Source: a virus
Reading direction: 5' to 3' (one strand)
DNA length: 64,000 nt
IMG/VR virus record: IMGVR_UViG_3300026076_000001
Each line of letters starts with the position of its first letter. Position 1 is the stretch's first letter. The notes beneath the pieces are model-generated. The model saw only the letters and a program-made list of their open reading frames with translations. It was not told the DNA's origin and ran no database searches. The position numbers were made by a program, and so were the translations under genes. Positions 10,206 to 18,885 of this stretch are shown piece after piece.

Positions 10206-12020
10206 TCAGATAAGTGCTTCTTGTGTGATCAGGAATACGCTAGACTGCAAATCAAGGCTTAGATATGCTTCACGATAAGCGTATATGTCTTTGTTGGTAG
10301 GAGAGACACGAAGTTCTATCCTCTCATCATCATAACTTCCTTTGATTATATTTAACCTGTTTAGCATTACCTCTCCTTTGACATAATCAACTGTTCCTTG
10401 CTGTGCATTTAGAACAAATCTATCTTGTGTCGTAGGATCGATCTTATAAAGGTAAATATTACCCTTTTGATCGTCTGCTAGGTAAACTATATCACTTGGA
10501 TAACCTGCAACTACAAATCCACTGCTTTGTACAGATGGATGAGAGCATCCACTCTTAATAACGTTTTGATAACAGATCTCATACTGGGTTACAGTATTTA
10601 ATACAGGAATGAAATCCTTTCTTAGCTTGATCTCTGTCTCATTAGAGGTAATTGAAGTATCGGTAGAATCGATGATACCAACAATACGACTATATTTAAA
10701 CCTACCATTGAATTTCTCAAGATCCGATGTACCTCTATAGGTAGTTAGGGCACTTATCACCGCAGCTTTCAATTCTGACTCATTCAATGTGGTCAAAGAC
10801 TTGTTATAGTAGACATTTGAGTTCAATTCAACATATGTAATTGAAGGATCTACTATTTCTGGTGTAACTGAGACTACAGCATACTTCTTAAGGTCTGTAG
10901 ATATCAAATTTTTAGTATATGCACTTAGTGAACTGGCATATGCTGGTTTTATGACGATTTTAACCTTCCCGTACTCTGGTGGACTAGCGTCCTCTCCACC
11001 GAAACACACAATGTCAGCAATTGCAGGGAAAATACGACGGATAATGGATTCGTAGTCATCTGCGGTAACTGCTCTATTCTGTGTATTGAAAAACTTCGGA
11101 GCATTTCGCTTAATCGAGTCAACTGATTCAAGGGTTTCACCTCCAGACGCTGCTGTAGTAGTAGTTAAAACAATCGTAGGTGCATAATCATTACCACCAA
11201 CAGTATCTTCTAATACAGCACCGTATGAGAACACTCTAGCAGCATTAGCTGCTGATCCATTAGTAGTGATATATGAAACTTCGATATAATTGTTAGTATC
11301 TAGTTTCTTACCTAAAATCCCATCTCCGAAAATGATCTCATAACGCTCATCTTCACCTTCTTGTAAGAAGAAGACTTGTGATGTGCCATCGAAACCAATA
11401 ATGTTATCTGCTAGGCGGTACTCAACCACACTAGTACTATTAAATGTTGGTCTAACAGTAACTTTGAGAGTACTTGTATCAATTCCTGAGTTTTGAAGGA
11501 TAAACCTTTGAGGTATTGCTGCATTGAATGTAAAAGTTTCTAAAACGTAGTTACCTTCCTTAATTTCAACGTCTTGAAAGTTAGCTACTTTCTGACTGTT
11601 AAGACCTACAACATAATCCTTAGCAGTAATAAAGGAATACGTGGTGCTGTTGATCCTTGTGAGGAATTGAGATCCTCTAGGCAACTTGACGATTGATGGA
11701 ATGTTATTTTCTGTGCTAAAATCAGCAGCAACATTCAAAACTGCTGTAGGAGCAACGGAAGACTTAGGGAGATATCCTATCTGCTTAGCCAGAGACACTA
11801 CATTGTCCCTGAGGGTCGCTGATTCGAGGAATGCCTCATTAACTACCATATTAGCGTTAAACGCCGTGTAGTACGTGTTATACGCTAATACATCTAATAG
11901 GGTAGAAAGAGTCGATCCTTCAAAATCATAATCAGTGAAGTCACTATTAGAGCGTAGGTATTCCTTCAGAGAGGATTTAATCTCTGTAAAGTCTAAATTG
12001 GCAACTTGAACGTAAGACAT
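10206..12020 (-). CDS. gp6: Baseplate wedge subunit gp6
   Basis: N-terminus LDFTEIKSSLKEYLRSNSDFTDYDFEGSTLSTLLDVLAYNTYY and internal QNRAVTADDYE are T4 gp6 signatures. Confidence 0.95.
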   Translation of the reverse strand: MSYVQVANLDFTEIKSSLKEYLRSNSDFTDYDFEGSTLSTLLDVLAYNTYYTAFNANMVVNEAFLESATLRDNVVSLAKQIGYLPKSSVAPTAVLNVAADFSTENNIPSIVKLPRGSQFLTRINSTTYSFITAKDYVVGLNSQKVANFQDVEIKEGNYVLETFTFNAAIPQRFILQNSGIDTSTLKVTVRPTFNSTSVVEYRLADNIIGFDGTSQVFFLQEGEDERYEIIFGDGILGKKLDTNNYIEVSYITTNGSAANAARVFSYGAVLEDTVGGNDYAPTIVLTTTTAASGGETLESVDSIKRNAPKFFNTQNRAVTADDYESIIRRIFPAIADIVCFGGEDASPPEYGKVKIVIKPAYASSLSAYTKNLISTDLKKYAVVSVTPEIVDPSITYVELNSNVYYNKSLTTLNESELKAAVISALTTYRGTSDLEKFNGRFKYSRIVGIIDSTDTSITSNETEIKLRKDFIPVLNTVTQYEICYQNVIKSGCSHPSVQSSGFVVAGYPSDIVYLADDQKGNIYLYKIDPTTQDRFVLNAQQGTVDYVKGEVMLNRLNIIKGSYDDERIELRVSPTNKDIYAYREAYLSLDLQSSVFLITQEALI

Positions 12021-12425
12021 TTATCGGGTTCTTTCTAGGAAGAATTCTACATCCTGTATTTGGACATCAGATTCAATTCCGATGATCTCAAAAGAAATCG
12101 CACAGTCAAAGCCATTACCATCGTAATTGGCAGAGACATCGCAACGAAGTAAATTTATACGAGGCTCGTATTTCTGTATAACATATTGAATTTCTTCTTG
12201 TAATAAAGAAGCAGTTGCTGAGTCGAGAGGTTCAAACAATAAATCCGCAACATTACTACCCAGATCAGGTTTGAAGAATCTCTCTCCTTTCCTGGTCATC
12301 ACAATATTATATAACGCTCTTTTAACCGCAGCTTCGTCGGTTATGTTAAGAACGTCTTCGGTAACTGGGTTCATACCCAACGATATGGATACGTCTTTAA
12401 AGTCAATAGCCTTCGGCATACGCAA
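12021..12425 (-). CDS. gp25: Baseplate wedge subunit gp25
   Basis: AVKRALYNIVMTRKGERFFKPDLGS...IQKYEPRI is the gp25 family pattern; lies directly upstream of gp6. Confidence 0.95.
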   Translation of the reverse strand: MRMPKAIDFKDVSISLGMNPVTEDVLNITDEAAVKRALYNIVMTRKGERFFKPDLGSNVADLLFEPLDSATASLLQEEIQYVIQKYEPRINLLRCDVSANYDGNGFDCAISFEIIGIESDVQIQDVEFFLERTR

Positions 12426-12444
12426 CTACACGAGTTCGTGACTT

Positions 12445-12451
12445 TATTTAG
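12445..12451 (-). promoter_or_regulatory. T4-type late promoter (CTAAATA)
   Basis: tatttag on the plus strand, about 20 nt upstream of gp25. Confidence 0.7.
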
Positions 12452-12457
12452 CGACTT

Positions 12458-12757
12458 TTAAGTTACCTGATAGAATGTATACTTTAAAAACAACTCTTCA
12501 CCCTTCTTAATAGGTCTTATAGTACGCATATGATATATCTTTCCCCATTCCTCTTCTTCAAATACTTTAATGCAATTAGGATCTTCACTATGGTTAACAA
12601 ACCCACCTAAAGGGGTTCTCATAATATCTTCATCAACCACAACGTGTGATATACCCAGATAAACATCATCGGGTATATCCTCCTTAGCAAATAGTCCCTG
12701 TCCAGCGACAGGGCTATTTTGTATATGTAAACACCTAGGTAATGCCTGGTAGGTCAC
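12458..12757 (-). CDS. Minimal SET-domain protein (putative lysine methyltransferase)
   Basis: All three SET signatures in 99 aa: GQGLFA, GFVNHSEDPNC, GEELFLKY. GTG start overlaps the upstream stop (GTGA). Confidence 0.85.
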   Translation of the reverse strand: MTYQALPRCLHIQNSPVAGQGLFAKEDIPDDVYLGISHVVVDEDIMRTPLGGFVNHSEDPNCIKVFEEEEWGKIYHMRTIRPIKKGEELFLKYTFYQVT

Positions 12758-12891
12758 TTTCTTCCCTGCCCACGGTATTTCTTCCTTGCCTTATTTGCTG
12801 AAGTCGCAGCATACTTAGTATGTGCTCCTGTACCTTGACGGGTTTTCTTGGGAGTTGCTTCTTTTTGAGTTGTGTTGTTGTAAAGTGCCAT
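12754..12891 (-). CDS. 45-aa Lys/Arg-rich peptide (not in ORF track)
   Basis: MALYNNTTQKEATPKKTRQGTGAHTKYAATSANKARKKYRGQGRK. TAATG overlap with the PAAR gene and GTGA overlap with the SET gene. Resembles the small basic protein I recall upstream of gp25 in marine T4-like phages. Confidence 0.8.
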   Translation of the reverse strand: MALYNNTTQKEATPKKTRQGTGAHTKYAATSANKARKKYRGQGRK

Positions 12892-13439
12892 TAGTTAGAG
12901 CAATCAGTAACAGAGTTATCACCTGGAGATTGTGACCCAGAACCACCTGATCCACCAATAGACGGAATCGATAGTATTGGGAACGCCCCCAGAGCTGCAA
13001 TTGCAGCGGCTGCAGCAGCAAGTTTAGAAACTGAACTACCACCCGCACATAATAGCACATTAGGTGCCCCTACCGCAACCTTTGACCCACAACTGATACT
13101 TGTTCCGATCTTTGCAGCTGGGAGACCAGTGGGACAAATCTTAGGTCCAATCTTCGCTAATACCGCATCTGTTTCCTTATCACCTGTCTTTGGTACTGGT
13201 TGTGGTACTGAAGGAGCACCTACACCCACATCTACAGTAGCACAACCCACGCCAACGGTGCCTGGGTGGCACGCAGGGTTCTTTCCACACGGTTTACAGT
13301 GCACATTTCGCACCTGAGTACTTACTAGAGGTGCAATTTTAGTTACTTTGACGGTTGTAACTGGTGACGGAGCATATCCTTGGGGTGGCCAGCACCCGTG
13401 ACCCGTACAAACGCCTGTTGTTAGTCCAAAAGCTGCCAT
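12891..13439 (-). CDS. PAAR-repeat spike-tip protein (gp5.4-like) with insertion and C-terminal extension
   Basis: CTGHGCWPP, VHCKPC, CHPG and GLPAAKIGTSISCGSKVAVGAPNV match PAAR motifs with Zn-ligand Cys/His; in the baseplate cluster. Confidence 0.75.
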   Translation of the reverse strand: MAAFGLTTGVCTGHGCWPPQGYAPSPVTTVKVTKIAPLVSTQVRNVHCKPCGKNPACHPGTVGVGCATVDVGVGAPSVPQPVPKTGDKETDAVLAKIGPKICPTGLPAAKIGTSISCGSKVAVGAPNVLLCAGGSSVSKLAAAAAAIAALGAFPILSIPSIGGSGGSGSQSPGDNSVTDCSN

Positions 13440-15937
13440 TATACGTAAACGTGCAAGAAAGTATGGTCATTTCGGAGGTGTTGTTTGCCTTCCGTCTGCT
13501 TTCTTTGCCTTAATAAGTTATTTAGAGTGACACTTCCGTCTTCATTTTGCGTTTTTCCATCAAAATGAGCAATTTCCCGTGTATTTTCGTAAGTAAATGA
13601 GCTTCCTGTCTCCGATTGGAGGAATAAGCGGGTGTATGCGGTCGCATTTGCCACTTGAGGAGCACTAAAAGTGAAATCTACTCCAGTAAGAGACGTATTT
13701 GACGCAGTATCCATCTGAATTGCGGTCTTTGTGTTCACTCTATACACTCCAGCTGGTACATTTTGGGAAACTTGGATGGTTGAACCGTTTAAAGTGACTG
13801 ATTGTACGTAAATTGTTGGGTCATCGAACCCTTCGATGAGCATTCCAGTCTGTATATCGTCTAAATCGTACTCTTCACCGAATGTATACACCGTATTTAC
13901 TACTAGTACGTTCGTACCATCCGCAGTACATTGGAAATCTACGGCGGGAATGAGTCTTTGTACCTGTCTTTCATTCATTTGACCTAGGTCATCTTGCACT
14001 TTTACTCCCATAAAGAGTAATGGGTACGCATCCATAGTGATATTAATCATATAACTACTCCCCATAACCACATCAGCAGTCGCACTTAGGTCAGGATCGG
14101 GAGCAGAGACGGTAATAATTGGGCTTTGTATGTAACCACTACCACCATAAGTGAGCTTGTATCCGTATATACGCCCTCCTGTTACTACTGCATCTGCCGT
14201 AGCTAGTGTACCACCAGGTAAATCAGGGTCACTAAAGGTCACAGTAGGTTGACTCATATACCCTAAACCTGGATCTAGTGCAGTAATGTCACTAATTCCT
14301 TGTCCAGCATACTCATAATTGTTCAATTCTAGGTATCCATACTCAGGGAAGTTCGCAATGTCGTAATCAAATACGGTAATTTTGTCGTGACTAGGGTCAA
14401 CGAATGATTTTATCTGTGTAATTAGCACATCATCATAAGGATTTCCTTGTCTTTCGACAGCTTGTGCCAATAAATCACGGTAAGTATCCCAATTTGAGTT
14501 CAATTCGAGGTTAATATTGAAAGTATGAGTAGCTTGAGTACCTACTTGACCCTGTACTAGGTCAGCACAGTACCATCCACCTACTATAGTGTAAGGAAAT
14601 ACCTCTCTTCCTCTACTATGAGGGACGTATTCAAAGATATTCCACTTAATTCTAGGTCCAGAAGGAGGTACACCTCTAAAAGAAGTAGTAGACCACTCTT
14701 GCATCTTCTCTGTATACCAAGTAGATGGCACTACAGTCTGTTGATTCTTCATAATCGCATCAGCATTCTCTGCCATAGCGATCTCCATATCAATTACATC
14801 AGTAAAATCGCAGTTATATGTCCTTACTTCTCTCCAAAACTCTGCTGTGTCACCTGGATCGCCTTCTAGTCCAGCATCCATTTGGTTAACATAGGTCTGT
14901 TGTGCACCATCTATAACGAAATCAGCATTGAAAGCAAGGTCAACATCCATTGCCTCTGCTAATTGTTGCATTTGTTGTGCACTATGGAACCCTCCTCCAT
15001 CATCACACATACCAGTTGCTGCATCGAACCAAGCATTCCAAGACTTATCTACTTGTTCCTTTAGTTCTGGATGCACTTGCTGTTGCATACCTATAGGATT
15101 ACCGTTGGCATCTTCCCCTAGTAATGGTACTGCAACATAAACACCTGTATCAGCATTAATCGGCCACGTTGATTCACGACTACAAGTTTGTTCTGTTGTT
15201 CCCCATACAGAGGTAGCTTCCATATCTTTATGGAATTGAGTAAACTCACAACTGCCACCCGTCGTATAGAACATCTCATTCCATCCCTTGCTTTCGTCAG
15301 GATAGTCGGCAATCGGTCCGCAGACCTCTACAAGGGTATCACACTTAGGACTTAAGTACTTTGTATAGGAAACCTTCTTGGGATAGGCATAGAACCCACT
15401 AAGGGTCGCTACAACGGGTTCTGTCTGTACTGTGACTCCACCTATTAACGTACTACCAGGACTATCAAACCATCCCGCCACACAATCGGCGGTCGCCCCC
15501 GATTCAGTACCTGTTACAGTCTCACCTGGAAAATTCCCAGAGGGACTATCCATCTCTATGATATCTAAACCATTAACCTCTCGGAAGTTGTGCCATTCCT
15601 TTACAGTGCCAGTAGCACCATTAGGTGCTGTGATCGTCTCACCTACCTTAAACTGCCCACTGCTGTTTCGCACTGATATACGTTCAGTCGTGCTATCGCA
15701 TATCCATAACGTAAAATATTGCTCGGTACCAGTAACCCTTATACTGGACGGTGCATAGGTATCACACAATGTATCAGTACAAGTGACAGTGTTTAGGGAA
15801 AACTCATATTCAAAGTATGTCTCATCATTATTGACTCCCAATAAGTTGTCATCAGGATCCTGTCCAGTTGCATCATAGGTAAATGGACTACCGTAGGCAC
15901 TGGAGATGGTTAATCCTGCTTGGAAGTTACATCCCAT
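13439..15937 (-). CDS. Putative virion/baseplate-associated structural protein (832 aa)
   Basis: Long ORF coupled (TAATG) to the PAAR gene. Contains the GxGY...PxVT repeats (DPGLGYMSQPTVT, GGSGYIQSPIIT) typical of cyanomyovirus structural proteins; Cys-rich N-half. Confidence 0.6.
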   Translation of the reverse strand: MGCNFQAGLTISSAYGSPFTYDATGQDPDDNLLGVNNDETYFEYEFSLNTVTCTDTLCDTYAPSSIRVTGTEQYFTLWICDSTTERISVRNSSGQFKVGETITAPNGATGTVKEWHNFREVNGLDIIEMDSPSGNFPGETVTGTESGATADCVAGWFDSPGSTLIGGVTVQTEPVVATLSGFYAYPKKVSYTKYLSPKCDTLVEVCGPIADYPDESKGWNEMFYTTGGSCEFTQFHKDMEATSVWGTTEQTCSRESTWPINADTGVYVAVPLLGEDANGNPIGMQQQVHPELKEQVDKSWNAWFDAATGMCDDGGGFHSAQQMQQLAEAMDVDLAFNADFVIDGAQQTYVNQMDAGLEGDPGDTAEFWREVRTYNCDFTDVIDMEIAMAENADAIMKNQQTVVPSTWYTEKMQEWSTTSFRGVPPSGPRIKWNIFEYVPHSRGREVFPYTIVGGWYCADLVQGQVGTQATHTFNINLELNSNWDTYRDLLAQAVERQGNPYDDVLITQIKSFVDPSHDKITVFDYDIANFPEYGYLELNNYEYAGQGISDITALDPGLGYMSQPTVTFSDPDLPGGTLATADAVVTGGRIYGYKLTYGGSGYIQSPIITVSAPDPDLSATADVVMGSSYMINITMDAYPLLFMGVKVQDDLGQMNERQVQRLIPAVDFQCTADGTNVLVVNTVYTFGEEYDLDDIQTGMLIEGFDDPTIYVQSVTLNGSTIQVSQNVPAGVYRVNTKTAIQMDTASNTSLTGVDFTFSAPQVANATAYTRLFLQSETGSSFTYENTREIAHFDGKTQNEDGSVTLNNLLRQRKQTEGKQHLRNDHTFLHVYV

Positions 15938-16203
15938 TAAATGTCAAGTTCTATTCTTAGCTCTAATGTATTTAACCTATTTTCGAGTGTGTCCAAATAA
16001 TCAGCAAGTTCCATATGCTTAGTGGAACCTGGGGGACGGTACATTATCTTACCGATAGGTCTTGCTGAGAGTTCTTCCACCCGTTTTTCAAGGGCGTTTA
16101 TTTTTTCTTCGAGTACCTTGTTCTCATTCTTAACGATCTGATCATTCAGTACTTTCTCATACCACTCACCGCTATCAGGGGGTGATTTTTTCGACTCTGG
16201 CAT
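15937..16203 (-). CDS. Hypothetical protein, coiled-coil-like
   Basis: 88-aa ORF coupled to the downstream gene; heptad-like LEEKINALEKRVEEL. Confidence 0.6.
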   Translation of the reverse strand: MPESKKSPPDSGEWYEKVLNDQIVKNENKVLEEKINALEKRVEELSARPIGKIMYRPPGSTKHMELADYLDTLENRLNTLELRIELDI

Positions 16204-16384
16204 CGGGATTACTCATCTTAAGTTTATCTAGTTCTTTCTCAGCAGTCGTCGTGGAGCGAAATTTGTGAGCGTCCTCGACGGCGTTTGTCCAGATACTATC
16301 CTGTCTCCAGTATATCACACCCGAAGATAATTTGCTACCCTCGTGCACACGGGATACAGTCCAGAAAGGTTTCTTAGTAGCCAT
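16175..16384 (-). CDS. Hypothetical protein
   Basis: 69-aa ORF downstream of the late promoter at 16426-16432. Confidence 0.6.
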   Translation of the reverse strand: MATKKPFWTVSRVHEGSKLSSGVIYWRQDSIWTNAVEDAHKFRSTTTAEKELDKLKMSNPDARVEKITP

Positions 16385-16425
16385 AATAGAAATTTTCCTT
16401 ATAAGAGAAATTTTTTCTCAAAAAA

Positions 16426-16432
16426 ATATTTA
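16426..16432 (-). promoter_or_regulatory. T4-type late promoter (CTAAATA) opening the baseplate operon
   Basis: tatttag on the plus strand, just downstream of the strong terminator. Confidence 0.6.
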
Positions 16433-16479
16433 GCTCACTCGTTTGGTTCGTTATAGATTAGCATTGCCGAAATCTCCCT

Positions 16480-16514
16480 ATAAAAATCCCCTCGGTTTCA
16501 CTGTCCGAGGGGAT
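16480..16514 (-). terminator. Rho-independent terminator closing the accessory island
   Basis: 10-bp perfect stem ATCCCCTCGG/CCGAGGGGAT (16486-16495 and 16505-16514) followed by a T-run on the minus strand. Confidence 0.85.
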
Positions 16515-16521
16515 CACTGTT

Positions 16522-16659
16522 CTACTCAGTGCAGTAACTGGGGTCGATGGCACAAATCTGATCCATCTTGTCTGACTGCATTTGATCAACTTGGCGAATG
16601 GCGTTGGTGCCAAGGTGGACACCAACCAAGATTACGCCGAGTGCTAGGATGATTCTCAT
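16522..16659 (-). CDS. 45-aa membrane/secreted peptide (not in ORF track)
   Basis: MRIILALGVILVGVHLGTNAIRQVDQMQSDKMDQICAIDPSYCTE; ATGA overlap with the upstream gene; hydrophobic N-terminus. Confidence 0.65.
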   Translation of the reverse strand: MRIILALGVILVGVHLGTNAIRQVDQMQSDKMDQICAIDPSYCTE

Positions 16660-16919
16660 TGCCAAACTCCGTTGACTGAATCACCCCATCCGTTGCGGAA
16701 GTATTCTTCACGCTCACGGTTCCTGATCTGAGGATCACCCAAATCATCCAACACGTCCTGTAAGAAATTTACTGGACTGACTTCACGAGTTTGAGGTGCG
16801 ATACCTGCAACGTGACGGTCGTGCTCATCACTCATTTGCTTGAGGATGGATTTCATAGCAGCGATCACAACGGGATCTTTGCGTGCTGCTTCGTTGGTGA
16901 GAAAGATGTTGTTGTTCAT
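16656..16919 (-). CDS. Hypothetical early protein (start revised to ATG 16919)
   Basis: MNNNIFLTNEAARKDPVVIAAMKSILKQ; the ATG lies 7 nt after the TATAAT box. Confidence 0.7.
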   Translation of the reverse strand: MNNNIFLTNEAARKDPVVIAAMKSILKQMSDEHDRHVAGIAPQTREVSPVNFLQDVLDDLGDPQIRNREREEYFRNGWGDSVNGVWQ

Positions 16920-16925
16920 ATTCAA

Positions 16926-16982
16926 ATTATAAACCCCCACTCGTGAGAATGGGGGTTCAAGTGGACAGTTATTTATCTGTCC
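16926..16982 (-). promoter_or_regulatory. Early-type promoter: palindromic element + hairpin + TATAAT
   Basis: GACAGTT-ATTT-ATCTGTC at 16964-16981, hairpin 16933-16957, -10 box at 16926-16931. Confidence 0.75.
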
Positions 16983-17136
16983 TAGCTATTGATTCTTGTG
17001 CCCATACTCCAAAGTAGTATTTGATGTAGGGATCATTGCACAATAGGTCGTAGGTCTCTGAAGTCATTTGTGATGAAATAGAACGAGTTTGCGATTGAAT
17101 GGTTTGAGGATCTTGTTTACGATTCGGATCATTCAC
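16969..17136 (-). CDS. Possible small hypothetical protein (not in ORF track)
   Basis: GTG overlapping the upstream stop gives 55 aa ending DLLCNDPYIKYYFGVWAQESIARTDK; start uncertain. Confidence 0.35.
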   Translation of the reverse strand: MNDPNRKQDPQTIQSQTRSISSQMTSETYDLLCNDPYIKYYFGVWAQESIARTDK

Positions 17137-17273
17137 AAGACCTCCTTCATTAGTTGAGCAATTACCGCTTCATCCTCTGGAATGTCGTTGAGATAGATTT
17201 CCAGATTCTCGTCTGATCCGAGAGATTCACGGATCAGATCATCAACGGCGTTAGTGTCGAACTTTTGGATCAC
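17133..17273 (-). CDS. 46-aa acidic hypothetical protein (not in ORF track)
   Basis: MIQKFDTNAVDDLIRESLGSDENLEIYLNDIPEDEAVIAQLMKEVL; GTGA overlap with the upstream gene. Confidence 0.55.
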   Translation of the reverse strand: MIQKFDTNAVDDLIRESLGSDENLEIYLNDIPEDEAVIAQLMKEVL

Positions 17274-17581
17274 TTGATTAACTCCATAGGAACATTAGGT
17301 GTGCAAACGAGACCAACCGAGTCTTGGCGAAATGCCTTAGCATATGCCTTGCCGATTTGTCTAAGAACTGATTCTAGCATTTGCTGGTCAGACTCTGCTG
17401 CCATTATGACTAAGATTTTACAATCTTCACGGGTGCCTTTCCAAAGACCAACGCCGTCAATAATTGTAGCATAGTCGAGATGTGGAGCAATGTCACTACG
17501 GATGAATTCATCAAACATAGTTTCGGTGACGGTGCCAGCGTCGGGGATGTCCAATCCCATCATCAGTTCAAGTCGGATCAT
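17270..17581 (-). CDS. DUF3574-like protein
   Basis: LMMGLDIPDAGTVTETMFDEFIRSDIAP...DGVGLWKG.REDCKILVI...AYAKAFRQDSV matches the DUF3574 pattern as I recall it. Confidence 0.65.
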   Translation of the reverse strand: MIRLELMMGLDIPDAGTVTETMFDEFIRSDIAPHLDYATIIDGVGLWKGTREDCKILVIMAAESDQQMLESVLRQIGKAYAKAFRQDSVGLVCTPNVPMELIK

Positions 17582-17617
17582 AAAACCTTGGTTGCTTTAC
17601 TCTTTAAGTATAGCGTC

Positions 17618-17983
17618 TCAGTACCGACTTGGGATGCGTGAGTAGTCAGTTTGTGAACTGTCTGCTAGCTGTGGTTTTGGTACGTCATCCCGTCCTACAA
17701 TAAAGCAGTCGGGTGGATTGATACCATAACAAGAACCGATAATGTCATCCGCAGTTTCTGGGTCTTCCATTTCATTTATGTGCTCGATTAGTTCGTGCTC
17801 AGTCATTTTCTCGTAATAGTCCGTGAGACTATCCCACACATACTGTTCGAGATCTTTGTTGTCCATCCGATCCAGTACAATGTCTGTGTAGTTTTCAACT
17901 AGTGCATCAAATGTGCAGTCCTTCGCTTCGGGCATAATGGCAGTAAAAAAGAACAGTAAAAAGAGGATCGTGCTCATTGGCAC
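17618..17983 (-). CDS. Hypothetical acidic protein (start uncertain)
   Basis: 121-aa ORF in the small-gene run. Confidence 0.55.
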   Translation of the reverse strand: MPMSTILFLLFFFTAIMPEAKDCTFDALVENYTDIVLDRMDNKDLEQYVWDSLTDYYEKMTEHELIEHINEMEDPETADDIIGSCYGINPPDCFIVGRDDVPKPQLADSSQTDYSRIPSRY

Positions 17984-18114
17984 TGATCCTCAAACCTTTT
18001 ATAGACTTCGGTGTCTATTTCTTCTTGAGTCCAGTTGAGGAGTTCAGTTCTGAATTCTACAACCAAATCCTCGTAAATGGTTTCAAGGATTGACTCGTGA
18101 TGAAGTGTGCTCAT
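17974..18114 (-). CDS. 46-aa hypothetical protein (not in ORF track)
   Basis: MSTLHHESILETIYEDLVVEFRTELLNWTQEEIDTEVYKRFEDQCQ; ATGA overlaps at both ends. Confidence 0.75.
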   Translation of the reverse strand: MSTLHHESILETIYEDLVVEFRTELLNWTQEEIDTEVYKRFEDQCQ

Positions 18115-18299
18115 AGTCCGTTTAAATACTCGTGAAGTTCGTTGATGTAATCATCATAACTCGAATCAGGGTATCTTTTCAAGTACCATTGTGGCACTTC
18201 CTTAACTGGTTCGGGTTTGGGTTTATCTGTTTTGAGATCGTACCCGTTCGCTCTGATGAATGAAGCATAGAAATGCTGTGGATAGAGATCACCGTACAT
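18111..18299 (-). CDS. Hypothetical protein
   Basis: 62-aa ORF, coupled on both sides. Confidence 0.65.
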   Translation of the reverse strand: MYGDLYPQHFYASFIRANGYDLKTDKPKPEPVKEVPQWYLKRYPDSSYDDYINELHEYLNGL

Positions 18300-18454
18300 C
18301 AGGAATACTCAAAGGGTGAGGGTTCAAAAACTCTGTCACAGAGTTCTTCAAATGCTGCCTCGTCAATGTGATCAGGGCAACCGAGGTCACGAAGCATAAT
18401 GAGGGAATCCACGAGGGCGGTTTCCATTGCTTCGGTAAGTGGGATTTGTCTCAT
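18299..18454 (-). CDS. 51-aa hypothetical protein (not in ORF track)
   Basis: MRQIPLTEAMETALVDSLIMLRDLGCPDHIDEAAFEELCDRVFEPSPFEYS; ATG 7 nt after TATAAT. Confidence 0.7.
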   Translation of the reverse strand: MRQIPLTEAMETALVDSLIMLRDLGCPDHIDEAAFEELCDRVFEPSPFEYS

Positions 18455-18460
18455 ACATTA

Positions 18461-18520
18461 ATTATACAAAAAAATCACCCCTTGTGGGGTGACCTTGTGA
18501 CAGTTCCTGAACTGGTTGGC
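18461..18520 (-). promoter_or_regulatory. Early-type promoter: palindromic element + hairpin + TATAAT
   Basis: GACAGTT-CCTG-AACTGG from 18499, hairpin TCACCCC/GGGGTGA, -10 box at 18461-18466. Confidence 0.75.
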
Positions 18521-18529
18521 AGCCTGAAT

Positions 18530-18715
18530 TTATGCGAACAATGGACGCATATACTCTTTGAACTCCTCGCATCTGTGCTTAGCTAGCACTTGCATCTCTT
18601 TCTCTGTGATTACAATGTCGTAACCATCTGCCTTCATTTCATCGTAGCACGCTTGACTGATTCCCTTGTCGGTGATATCGTACTCGTGAAGTTGAACGTG
18701 CTTGAAAAATGACAT
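18530..18715 (-). CDS. Hypothetical protein
   Basis: 61-aa ORF MSFFKHVQLHEYDI, downstream of the structured leader. Confidence 0.7.
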   Translation of the reverse strand: MSFFKHVQLHEYDITDKGISQACYDEMKADGYDIVITEKEMQVLAKHRCEEFKEYMRPLFA

Positions 18716-18737
18716 AGATTACCTTGAAAGAATAAGT

Positions 18738-18881
18738 GGTGTGGAGTCTTCAAAACTGTCTTTTCAGATGAAGTGCTCATCAGCAGTACAAGAGGTCTCC
18801 AAACATAAAGAGCAGTTGTCCACAGTGTGCGATCTAAGACGCTCCTGAATTGTTGCTCACCCCTGCCTTGCGTCTCCACAT
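18738..18881 (-). ncRNA. Candidate structured RNA or 5' leader (about 140 nt)
   Basis: The predicted transcript start (about 18880) coincides with UGUGGAG, which pairs with CUCCACA (18746-18740). Internal AGACGC/GCGUCU and CUUCA/UGAAG stems; GAGCA/UGCUC possible pseudoknot. Folded by eye only. Confidence 0.45.
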
Positions 18882-18885
18882 ATTC

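Noticed and set aside
13750-13755. Idea that the PvuII site CAGCTG is avoided in this genome
   Set aside because: CAGCTG is present (13750-13755, 39810-39815 and others), so avoidance gives no support for PvuII specificity
18776-18783. CUGAUGAG...GAAA on the minus strand resembles a hammerhead ribozyme core
   Set aside because: The segment between CUGAUGA and GAAA (GCACUUCAUCU) cannot form stem II, GAUGA instead pairs with the adjacent UCAUC, and I found no matching stem I/III with an NUH site
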